IMG/VR virus record: IMGVR_UViG_3300032322_001418
Span: 1 to 63,541 of that record
Source: a virus
Taxonomy: Duplodnaviria; Caudoviricetes
Length of the DNA stretch: 63,541 nt
Direction: 5' to 3' (one strand)
The translations under genes and the position numbers were made by a program. How positions within the stretch are numbered: the first letter of the stretch is position 1; each line of letters starts with the position of its first letter. Below the pieces are notes generated by a model. That model ran no database searches, was not told where the DNA came from, and worked only from the letters and a program-made list of their open reading frames with translations. This document shows, in pieces, positions 16,477-25,113 of the stretch.

Positions 16477-19400
16477 GTGGCACACACCGGACTCGACGCA
16501 ATCGCCTATCGCGCAGGCTACAACGACGGACGCCTGCAGCGCGGCAACCGCAATCCCTACGATCAGGCAACCCTGCTGTCCACGTGGTCGGCCTACGAGG
16601 AAGGCTACGCAGACGGCAGCCTGACCGCCCAAGGCGGCACGACCCTGATCCCCGGACCGCAAGGCCCCGCCGGCCCGCCCGGACCGCAAGGCCCGCCGGG
16701 AGCCGCCGATGCCGATGGCGTGAACATCATCGCCGCCGGCACCCAGACCGCAGGCAATACCCAGACGGTGCTGTTCCAGAACTCGAACGGGGTCTCGTTC
16801 GGGATGTCCGGCAGCAACGTGGTCACCGCATCGGTGGCCGGCATCAAGAGCGTGTCGGCCGGCACTACGCGCCTGACCAATGGCGAGCTGGTGCTGAGCA
16901 ACGCCAATGGCGTCTCGTTCGGGGTCAACGGCAACACGGTTACCGCGTCCGTAGGCGTGGGCGGAGTCGGCTCGCTGTCGGCTGGCACGACCCGGGCGAC
17001 GCTGGGCGAGGTGGTGCTGTCCAACTCCAACGGCGTGTCGTTCGGCATGGCGGGGCAGACCCTGACGGGCAGCGTCGCCGCACAGGTGCCGTTTGGGGTC
17101 AGCGCCGGCACCCAGAGCGTTTCGACCGGGACGCTGGTGTTCTCGAATTCCAACGGGATCACCTTCGGCATGTCCGGGTCGAGCCGGATCACTGCGTCGC
17201 ACAATGGCCTGACCACGGCTGCGCTGTCTGATCACAGCCACGGCAACCCGCAGCTCAACCTGACCAACCTCAGTGGAACGACCGCGAGCAATTCCGCAGG
17301 CTTCACGCTGTCGCTGTCGGCGGCGGCTGGCGGCGGCGGTGGAGTCGGCCTGTCTGCTGGTACGCAGAGCGTATCCACGGGCACGGTCGTCTTCTCGAAC
17401 TCGAATGGCATCACGTTCGGGATGTCGGGCTCCAGCCGCATCACGGCATCACACAATGGCCTGACGACTGCGGCACAGAGCGATCACTCGCACGGCAACC
17501 CCACGCTGGCGTTGACCAACCTGAGTGGCACGACGGCCAGCAACTCTGCTGGTCTCACGCTGTCGCTATCGGCGGCACCGCCAAGTAACACCATCGGCAT
17601 GTCGGCTGGCACGCAAAGCGTGGGCACCGGCACCGTGGTGTTCTCGAACTCGAACGGCATCAGCTTCGGGATGTCCGACTCGTCGCGCATCACTGCGTCG
17701 TACACGGTGCCGACGATCACCTCGCTGAGCCTGAGCGATCAGGCCACGTCGATCACGGCAGCCCGCCTTGCCTTCACGAATCTGAACGGGGTCACGCTGT
17801 CGCTGTCCACGACCACGGGCGGCAGCGCCACGCTGGTGGGGTCGCACAATGCCCTCACCTCGCAGAGCAACCAAGCGCTGTCAGGCAGCAACGGCAGCTT
17901 CGCCTTCCAGACGGCCACCTTCGGCAACCTGAACGGGCTGTCGTTCTACACCTCGAACGGCTCGATGGTCGGCTCCTACACAGTGCCCACCCAGTCGGCC
18001 CAGACGCTTGGCCTGTACGGGTCATCGAACACCACGGGGCAGTCCAGCAGCAGCACGTTCGATGCCCGCTCCGTGACCTTCCGTGGCGCTGGCGTGGCCT
18101 CGGTCGGCATGTCCGGCGGCGAGGTCGTCATCAGCGTGCCCTCTGGCGGCGGCGCTGGCGATGGCGGCAACGTGCTGGCTGCCGGCACCCAGACCGGCAC
18201 CTCGCTGGGCACGATCCGCTTCGAGGACAGCAACGGCATCAGCTTCGGCATGAGCGGCAGCACGCGGATCACGGCGAGCTATACCGTGCCGAGCACCGCT
18301 GGCCTGCTGTCAAACATCAGGGTATCGGCCGGCACGACCAGCAACCTGCTGTCGGCCGTGACCCTCGGCGACGCCAACAACGTCAGCTTTGGGCTCAATG
18401 CCTCGACCCTGACGGCCAGCATCCCGGCCGGCGCGACGGCCACGGGCAACCTCGGAGCTGTTGGTGGGGGCACGCAGACCGCGACCTCTGGGACGGTCGT
18501 GTTCGCAGACTCGAACGGCATCTCGTTCGGCCTGTCTGGCAGCACGCGCATGACCGCGACCGTGCGCACGGACTACGCGAACAGCACCCATTCGCATGGC
18601 AACCCGACGCTGAACCTGACCAACCTGTCGGGGACGACTGCCAGCAATAGCGCGGGGCTCACCCTGTCGCTGAGCGCAGCGGCCCAGTCGGTGCAGCCCG
18701 GGGTGGGCTCGATCAGCGCTGGCACAACCCGAGTGACGACCGGCGAAGCCGTGTTCGCAGATGGCAACGGCATCTCGTTCGGTGTGAACGGGCAGACCAT
18801 CACGGCCAGCCACAATGGCCTGACCAGCCAGTCCAACCAGAACGTGACGGCCGCCAACGGTGGCTTCGCGTTCCAGACGCTGAGCTTCAGCAACGCCAAC
18901 GGGGTCAGCTTCGGCACGTCCGCAGGTAGCGCGATCACCGGCTCAGTGGCGGCAGGAGCCACGGCAACTGGCAACGTCGGGGCGATCTCGGCAGCGGGTG
19001 CCTCTGCCAGCGCCGGCACGATCGTGTTCTCGAACTCGAACAACGTCAGCTTCGGCATGGCGGGCAGCACGGTTACCGCCACCATCACGGTGCCCGCCCA
19101 GACCGTGGACACTGCCGGCCTGTATGCGGTTGGCCAGACGACTGGGCAAAGCTCGTCCACGACCCGCGACATCCGGTCGCTGTCCGTGCAGGGCGCTGGC
19201 GGAGTGTCGGTGGGCTACTCGGCCGGCTCGCTGGTCATCAGCGGCGCAGCCGGCGGCGGGGCGGGCTACTCCGCCGGTCTGTCGAACATCGGCAACACCC
19301 TCGGCAACACCGGCACGGTCTCGCAGCAGCTCGTGCTGGCGGGCGGCAACAACATCACCCTGTCGGGCTCCGTCAATGGCGGCTCCGCCACGATCACGAT

Positions 19401-20400
19401 CAGCGCAGGGGCTGGCGGCGGCGGCAACTTCTCGGCAGGCGTGTCTACCGCCGGCAACACGGCTGGGTCCACCGGGGTCACCGGCACGCGGCTGGTGCTG
19501 GCCGGTGTCGGTGCGGTGTCGCTGTCGCAATCGACCGATGCCAACGGTGGCACGGTGTCGATCACGTCGCCCGCTACGTCCAGCCTCGCGGCAACCGGGG
19601 CACTGTCGTTCAGCAGCAACGGCTCGACCATCAGCTTGGGTGTCGGGCAGCTCACTGCCTATGCTGCCGGCAACACCTCCGGCAGCAGCTCTGGGACGCT
19701 CGATGCCCGCAGCCTGTCGTTCCATGGGTCGAACGGCATCACGGTCAACGTCAGCAATGGCTCAGTGGTGTTCTCCGGCGGAGGCGGCGGCGGAGGCGGC
19801 GGCACGACCTACGGCTCGACGCAAGTGCTCAACAACGACAACCTCGTCACGCATGCCATCCAGAACGCGTCCCTGCAGCTGTTCCCGATCTATGGCGTGC
19901 CCAACCTGACGTTCAATCGCTGCGAGCAACAGGTGCTGTTGAGTTGTGCGACCAACTCGACCTGCAGTCTCACGCTGAGCGCCTTGGTTGGGTTCTACAC
20001 CAGAAACGGGACTGCGTTCTCGCTGCTCAGCAGCTCGTCCACGAGTTTCGCGCTGACGCTCAGTGGAACCGCAAACAGCACGCTGTACTCAGGACAGAGG
20101 ATCTTCGGGTTCAACTGGAATTGCACGCTGCCGCCCGGGGATTACGTGGTTGGCCAGATTCTCAGGTCAACGACCGGAGGCAACAACGCCACGGTCAGCG
20201 TGCTGGCGGGTAGCGCGGTGGCCAGCAACTTCTCCGGCTATCTGGGGTCGGCGACCAACAACACTTATCTGCGCCGGCCGGGGCTTGGTTTCTTCTCGAA
20301 CACCACGACCGCGCTGCCGAGCAGCATCGCCTTTTCGCACATCACTGGCACTGCCTCTCAGGCAATACGCCTGCCTTCGTTGACGTTCTTTGGCAGCTAA
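16477..20400 (+). CDS. 1307-aa Gly/Ser/Thr-rich repetitive fibre-like protein with a short collagen segment
   Basis: GPQGPAGPPGPQGPPG; many copies of SAGT...GT(V/L)VF.N/DSNG(I/V)SFG; three HSHGNP.L.LTNLSGTTASNSAG units; AGGAGG RBS. Confidence 0.8.
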   Translation: MAHTGLDAIAYRAGYNDGRLQRGNRNPYDQATLLSTWSAYEEGYADGSLTAQGGTTLIPGPQGPAGPPGPQGPPGAADADGVNIIAAGTQTAGNTQTVLFQNSNGVSFGMSGSNVVTASVAGIKSVSAGTTRLTNGELVLSNANGVSFGVNGNTVTASVGVGGVGSLSAGTTRATLGEVVLSNSNGVSFGMAGQTLTGSVAAQVPFGVSAGTQSVSTGTLVFSNSNGITFGMSGSSRITASHNGLTTAALSDHSHGNPQLNLTNLSGTTASNSAGFTLSLSAAAGGGGGVGLSAGTQSVSTGTVVFSNSNGITFGMSGSSRITASHNGLTTAAQSDHSHGNPTLALTNLSGTTASNSAGLTLSLSAAPPSNTIGMSAGTQSVGTGTVVFSNSNGISFGMSDSSRITASYTVPTITSLSLSDQATSITAARLAFTNLNGVTLSLSTTTGGSATLVGSHNALTSQSNQALSGSNGSFAFQTATFGNLNGLSFYTSNGSMVGSYTVPTQSAQTLGLYGSSNTTGQSSSSTFDARSVTFRGAGVASVGMSGGEVVISVPSGGGAGDGGNVLAAGTQTGTSLGTIRFEDSNGISFGMSGSTRITASYTVPSTAGLLSNIRVSAGTTSNLLSAVTLGDANNVSFGLNASTLTASIPAGATATGNLGAVGGGTQTATSGTVVFADSNGISFGLSGSTRMTATVRTDYANSTHSHGNPTLNLTNLSGTTASNSAGLTLSLSAAAQSVQPGVGSISAGTTRVTTGEAVFADGNGISFGVNGQTITASHNGLTSQSNQNVTAANGGFAFQTLSFSNANGVSFGTSAGSAITGSVAAGATATGNVGAISAAGASASAGTIVFSNSNNVSFGMAGSTVTATITVPAQTVDTAGLYAVGQTTGQSSSTTRDIRSLSVQGAGGVSVGYSAGSLVISGAAGGGAGYSAGLSNIGNTLGNTGTVSQQLVLAGGNNITLSGSVNGGSATITISAGAGGGGNFSAGVSTAGNTAGSTGVTGTRLVLAGVGAVSLSQSTDANGGTVSITSPATSSLAATGALSFSSNGSTISLGVGQLTAYAAGNTSGSSSGTLDARSLSFHGSNGITVNVSNGSVVFSGGGGGGGGGTTYGSTQVLNNDNLVTHAIQNASLQLFPIYGVPNLTFNRCEQQVLLSCATNSTCSLTLSALVGFYTRNGTAFSLLSSSSTSFALTLSGTANSTLYSGQRIFGFNWNCTLPPGDYVVGQILRSTTGGNNATVSVLAGSAVASNFSGYLGSATNNTYLRRPGLGFFSNTTTALPSSIAFSHITGTASQAIRLPSLTFFGS

Positions 20401-20411
20401 AGGATGCCCTT

Positions 20412-21146
20412 GTGAGCAAGCCCTCGTTGATCGTTCAGGATTTCGCTGGAGCGCACAATGCGGACGTGGGCAAGACGGCCGCTCGCCTGATCAAGGGAGG
20501 CTCGTGGAAAAAGCAGCGCACGGTGGTGATCCTGCCGTCTGCGGCGCTGATCCCGGCCAAGGTAGCGCTGTCGCACTGGAACCTCGCGTTCTCGCCCAAC
20601 AATGGCGTGGTGCGGATCCTTGCGCAGGGCATGGAGGTTGGGGATGCGTACTCGACCGCGATCCAGCAGGTCATCGAGCATCCAGAGCTGGGCGACTGGG
20701 AGTACATCCTGACCATCGAGGCGGACAACTGCCCGCCCTCGGATGGGTTCCTCAAGCTGGTCGAGCGGATGGAGGCGCACCCGGAATTCGCCTGCATCGG
20801 TGGCCTGTACTTCACCAAGGGCGAGGGCGGCGTGGCGCAGATCTGGGGTGATCCCAAGGATCCGGTGCTCAACTTCAGGCCGCAGCCGCCGGATCCGAAT
20901 GGCGGGCTGGTCGAGTGCTGCGGCACCGGCATGGGCTTCAACCTGTTCCGCATGTCGATGTTCAAGGACTCGCGGCTGCGCCGCCCATGGTTTGTCACCC
21001 AGACCGCTGGCGGGATGTCCACGCAGGACTTGTACTTCTGGGGTGACGCGCGCAAGTACGGCTACCGCTGCGCGATCGACTGCAGCGTCAAGGTAGGGCA
21101 CTACGACATGGAGGGGAAGTTCGGCCCGCCGGACTTCATGTGGTAG
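20412..21146 (+). CDS. GT-A fold (GT2-like) glycosyltransferase
   Basis: YILTIEAD (DxD-like), ECCGTGMGFNLFR, PWF, QDLYF...D...KVGH. Confidence 0.82.
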   Translation: MSKPSLIVQDFAGAHNADVGKTAARLIKGGSWKKQRTVVILPSAALIPAKVALSHWNLAFSPNNGVVRILAQGMEVGDAYSTAIQQVIEHPELGDWEYILTIEADNCPPSDGFLKLVERMEAHPEFACIGGLYFTKGEGGVAQIWGDPKDPVLNFRPQPPDPNGGLVECCGTGMGFNLFRMSMFKDSRLRRPWFVTQTAGGMSTQDLYFWGDARKYGYRCAIDCSVKVGHYDMEGKFGPPDFMW

Positions 21147-21149
21147 CCA

Positions 21150-21860
21150 ATGGCGCTTGAGCTGCTTGCCACCAACAGGTCTAGTGGCGTTCCGCATGGA
21201 ACGTCCAACTATACGACCAGCTCCATCACTGGAAACGGCAAGCAGCGGACTCTGTTCTTTGCTGGATCCATGGCAGTCCATGCGTCGAGGGCTGGTCTTG
21301 CTGCTACTGACCTGACCATCTCCGATTCGCTGGGCATGTCGTGGACATCGCGACGCGAGCTGACCGTTGGCTCTGGCGCTGCGGCAATCCGTGTCTGGTC
21401 AGCGCTGCATCTGCCGGCTTTGGCTGATTTCACCATCACGCTGGGCTCTGGCGGCAAGGATATTCAGGCTTACCGACTTGGTTTGTGGGCTGTGTATGGC
21501 GCTGCAGACTCGCCAATTGGTGGGGTTGGGTCAAACTCGAATTCTGGAGATGGCAGCCTGTCGGTCACTCTCGACCAGACTCCATTCAACAACTCGCGCG
21601 CCCTGCACTGGATAGTGAATGCGCTGAGTGCTGGATCGCCAATCATCGTAGCTGGCTCGGATACTGCGCTATCCGCCACGTCAGTTGTTGCCGACTACAT
21701 GATCCACGGATTCGGTGATAAAACAGACAACAACCATATCAATGGTTTGTTTTATAGTGATGTACTCAGTGGCACCGGAACGTCACTTGGATGCGGTGCC
21801 GTTGGGATTGAGGTACGTGAGTTGATGGCTGGATACGCACCCGTCTGGCTGCGTCAGTGA
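21150..21860 (+). CDS. Ser/Gly-rich beta-sandwich-like hypothetical protein (lower GC)
   Basis: Operon-packed ORF with more A/T-ending codons than its neighbours. Confidence 0.65.
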   Translation: MALELLATNRSSGVPHGTSNYTTSSITGNGKQRTLFFAGSMAVHASRAGLAATDLTISDSLGMSWTSRRELTVGSGAAAIRVWSALHLPALADFTITLGSGGKDIQAYRLGLWAVYGAADSPIGGVGSNSNSGDGSLSVTLDQTPFNNSRALHWIVNALSAGSPIIVAGSDTALSATSVVADYMIHGFGDKTDNNHINGLFYSDVLSGTGTSLGCGAVGIEVRELMAGYAPVWLRQ

Positions 21861-21876
21861 CAAGGGGGAATCAGAG

Positions 21877-22923
21877 ATGTCCAATCACCGATTGAGTAAC
21901 GTCAAGCGGATCCTGCTGACTGGCGGGGCCGGCTTCATTGGCAGCCACGTGCTGCAGCAGATGGTCGAGACCTGCCCGCAGTGGCACTTTGTGGTGATCG
22001 ACCGGCTTGATTCGTCGGGCAACCTCAACAGGCTGGCTGAGCTGAACCTGCCGATGGACCGGGTGAAGTTCATCTACCACGACCTAAAGTCGCCGATCAC
22101 TGGGCAGCTGGCTTACCAGATCGGCCATATCGACAGCATCATGCACCTAGCTGCTGCGACGCACGTCGATCGGTCCATCGAGGATCCGATGTCGTTCGTC
22201 ATGGACAACGTGGTGGCGACGTGCAGCCTGCTGAATTACGCGCGCACGCTGCCGTACCTCCAGTCGTTCCTGTACTTCAGCACTGACGAGGTGTTCGGTC
22301 CTGCGCCTGAGGGTGTGGCTTACCGTGAGTGGGATCGCTACAAGTCTGGCAATCCGTATGCCGCGACCAAGGCTGGCGGCGAGGAGCTGGCGCTGGCATT
22401 CCACAACACCTACAAGCTGCCGGTGATCATCACGCACACCATGAACGTGGTTGGCACGATGCAGCACCCGGAGAAGTTCGTGCCGATGACGATCTCCAAG
22501 GTCCGCGACTCGCGGACGGTGACGATCCATTCTGACAAGACCCGGACAAAGGCTGGCAGCCGGCACTACATCTCGGTCAGGGATGTGGCCGGTGCGCTGA
22601 TCTTCCTGATGTCGGCCAGCGATGGCTTCAGGGAATTCGGCGGCAAGTACAACATTGTCGGCGTCAAGGAAATCAACAACCTGCAGATGGCGCGGATGAT
22701 CGCGACGGCGATGAACAAGCCGCTGGACTACGAGATGGTGGACTTCCATTCGAGCCGCCCCGGCCATGACCTGCGCTATGCGCTGGACGGGTCGCTGATG
22801 GCGAGCCTTGGCTGGCGTCCGTCGATCGACATCTACGACGAGATCAAGCACATCGTGGACTGGAGCCTGAAGAACGACCACTGGCTGTCGCCGCCGCAGC
22901 CGCGCCTGAGGGTGACCGCATGA
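21877..22923 (+). CDS. NDP-glucose 4,6-dehydratase (RmlB/RfbB-like extended SDR)
   Basis: TGGAGFIG, HLAAATHVDRSI, STDEVFG, PYAATK, QHPEKFVP, RPGHDLRYA. Confidence 0.93.
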   Translation: MSNHRLSNVKRILLTGGAGFIGSHVLQQMVETCPQWHFVVIDRLDSSGNLNRLAELNLPMDRVKFIYHDLKSPITGQLAYQIGHIDSIMHLAAATHVDRSIEDPMSFVMDNVVATCSLLNYARTLPYLQSFLYFSTDEVFGPAPEGVAYREWDRYKSGNPYAATKAGGEELALAFHNTYKLPVIITHTMNVVGTMQHPEKFVPMTISKVRDSRTVTIHSDKTRTKAGSRHYISVRDVAGALIFLMSASDGFREFGGKYNIVGVKEINNLQMARMIATAMNKPLDYEMVDFHSSRPGHDLRYALDGSLMASLGWRPSIDIYDEIKHIVDWSLKNDHWLSPPQPRLRVTA

Positions 22924-23462
22924 ACGACGTGGTTCAGCAGCCGCTGCGGATCGACCTTGGTGCCGGCCCCAACAAGCGAGAAGGCTTCGTCGGCGTGGAC
23001 ATCAGGCCTGCCACCGGCGTGGACATCGTGACCGACCTGCGCGAGCGGTGGCCCTTCGATGACGACTCCGTGGACGAGGCCAATGCGCACCACGTGATCG
23101 AGCACTTCGACGCCGCTGGCAGGATTCACTTCGTCAACGAGCTGTACCGGGTATTGAAGCCCGGGGCCAGCTGCCAGATCGTAGCGCCGCACTGGGCGTC
23201 GTGCCGTGCCTATGGTGACCTGACTCACCAGTGGCCTCCGGTGAGTGAGTTCTGGTTCTACTACCTGTCTGCTGATTGGCGCAAGGCCAATGCGCCGCAC
23301 AACGACGGCTATCGGTGCAACTTCGCGGCGACGTGGGGCTATGCAATGCACCCGTCGCTCAACGCGCGGAATCAGGAATACCAGCAGCACGCCCTGCAAT
23401 TCTGGAAGGAAGCAGCTCAAGACATCATCGCCAACCTCAAGAAAGAGCCCATGCCACCGTGA
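22920..23462 (+). CDS. Class I SAM-dependent methyltransferase (type 11-like)
   Basis: IDLGAG, WPFDDDSVDE...HVIEH, ELYRVLKPG, DLTH. Confidence 0.88.
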   Translation: MNDVVQQPLRIDLGAGPNKREGFVGVDIRPATGVDIVTDLRERWPFDDDSVDEANAHHVIEHFDAAGRIHFVNELYRVLKPGASCQIVAPHWASCRAYGDLTHQWPPVSEFWFYYLSADWRKANAPHNDGYRCNFAATWGYAMHPSLNARNQEYQQHALQFWKEAAQDIIANLKKEPMPP

Positions 23463-25111
23463 GCGCAGTCGTCCAAGAGGATGTCACCAAGCTCTGGACA
23501 GAGATCGAGGCGGAGGCGATGCGCCGCTCGCTACGCGCCTTCGTCCGTGGCGCGTGGCATGTCGTGGAGCCGGGCAAGCAGTTCGTCCCGGGGTGGCACA
23601 TCGATGCGATATGCGACCATCTGACCTATGTCTCGCTGGGCGACATCGATGACCTGCTGATCAATATCCCGCCGCGCCACAGCAAGTCGTCCATCGTGGC
23701 GGTAATGTGGCTTGCTTGGGAGTGGACGTGGGCACCGTCCTCGCAGTGGCTGTTCGCTACCTATGCCCAAGATCTGACGATCCGTGACTCGGTGAAGTGC
23801 CGCCGGCTGATCCAGTCACCGTGGTATCAAGAGCATTACGGGTCGGTGTTCAGCCTGTCGAGCGACCTTAACCAGAAAAAGCGCTTCGACAACGACCACA
23901 GCGGCTACCGGCTGGCCACGTCGGTGGGCGGCGCAGCCACTGGCGAGGGCGGCGACCGCATCGTGGTTGACGACGCGCACAACATGAAGGAAATCCACTC
24001 GGACACGATCCGCGAGGGCGTGATCGACTGGTGGAAGAACGTCATGAGCACCCGCGCCAACAACCCCAAGCGGGTAGGCCGCGTGATCATCGCTCAGCGC
24101 GGACACCATGCAGACCTGTGCGGCCACGTGCTTGGGCAGGGCAACTGGGTGCATCTGAACCTGCCGGGGTACTTCAGGCCGGCAACCCGCTGCGTGACTC
24201 GTGCCGTAAAGGCGTCGTTCAGGGCGCAGCTGAACGCTCGCCGCAGGCCGGGCGAGTTCAGGGTCGGCGACGATGTGAAGCCGCTCAAGAAAGGCGAAGT
24301 GATCTTCGTTGATCCACGCACCCAGAAAGACGAGCTGCTGTGCCCAGACAGATTCGGTCCAGACGAGATGGCTAAGCTGGCCGTCGAGATGACCGAGCGC
24401 GCCTTCGAGGCGCAGATCCAGCAGAACCCCTCGGCCGAGGGCGGCAACATCCTGAAGAAGCACCACTGGCGTAGGTGGGAGGATGTGGACCTGCCGCCGG
24501 TGAGCATGGTGCTGCAGGTCTACGACACCGCGTTTGAGCCGGAGGAGGAGAACGACTACTCGGCCCGGACGACGTGGGGCGTGTTCGAGCATACCGAGCG
24601 GCTGGACCCAAACCTGCCGTGGACGGCCAACTACAAGGGCCAGACGCGGCTGTGTGTCATCATGCTGGAGCGGCTGAAGAAACGACTGACGTTCCCAGAC
24701 CTGCGCGACGAGGCGCTACGCTCTGCGGCGACGTGGCGGCCCGACAAGATCCTGATCGAGAAGAAAGCCAGTGGCCACTCGCTGGCGCAGGAGCTGAAGC
24801 GCGCCGGCCTGCCAGTCGCTGCGGTGAAGGTGACAGACTCGAAGTTCATGCGCGCACATGCCGCATCGCTGGTGCTGGAGCGCGGCTGCGTGTTCTACGT
24901 TCCACGCAAGTGGGCTGATGAAGTGATCGAGGAGTGCGCCCAGTTCCCAGCCGGCCAGAATGACGACATCACCGACACGGTGACCATGGCGTTGATGTGG
25001 CTGCGCAAGCGGTGGAACACGGGATTCCTTGACGACGACGACGACATCAGTCTGAATCGGAGCCAATCGACACCAGTCCGCACCTATGGCGGGCTGCAGA
25101 CCGGGAGCTGA
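23459..25111 (+). CDS. terL: Terminase large subunit
   Basis: INIPPRHSKS, TGEGGDRIVVDD, QIQQNP, YDTA, IEKKASG, QFPAGQNDDITD; GTGA-coupled start. Confidence 0.96.
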   Translation: MSAVVQEDVTKLWTEIEAEAMRRSLRAFVRGAWHVVEPGKQFVPGWHIDAICDHLTYVSLGDIDDLLINIPPRHSKSSIVAVMWLAWEWTWAPSSQWLFATYAQDLTIRDSVKCRRLIQSPWYQEHYGSVFSLSSDLNQKKRFDNDHSGYRLATSVGGAATGEGGDRIVVDDAHNMKEIHSDTIREGVIDWWKNVMSTRANNPKRVGRVIIAQRGHHADLCGHVLGQGNWVHLNLPGYFRPATRCVTRAVKASFRAQLNARRRPGEFRVGDDVKPLKKGEVIFVDPRTQKDELLCPDRFGPDEMAKLAVEMTERAFEAQIQQNPSAEGGNILKKHHWRRWEDVDLPPVSMVLQVYDTAFEPEEENDYSARTTWGVFEHTERLDPNLPWTANYKGQTRLCVIMLERLKKRLTFPDLRDEALRSAATWRPDKILIEKKASGHSLAQELKRAGLPVAAVKVTDSKFMRAHAASLVLERGCVFYVPRKWADEVIEECAQFPAGQNDDITDTVTMALMWLRKRWNTGFLDDDDDISLNRSQSTPVRTYGGLQTGS

Positions 25112-25113
25112 AC

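Noticed and set aside
17101-18690. Near-duplicate DNA blocks as DGR template/variable repeats
   Set aside because: Differences are mostly synonymous and not adenine-specific, all copies are in frame within one gene, and no reverse transcriptase is present
23276-23458. N-terminal extension of terL given in the ORF track
   Set aside because: It overlaps the methyltransferase; the GTG at 23459 coupled to its TGA is the more plausible start
22920-23462. Methyltransferase as a DNA methylase (anti-restriction)
   Set aside because: It lacks DPPY/NPPY or PCQ catalytic motifs; it is a small-molecule type-11-like enzyme next to sugar genes
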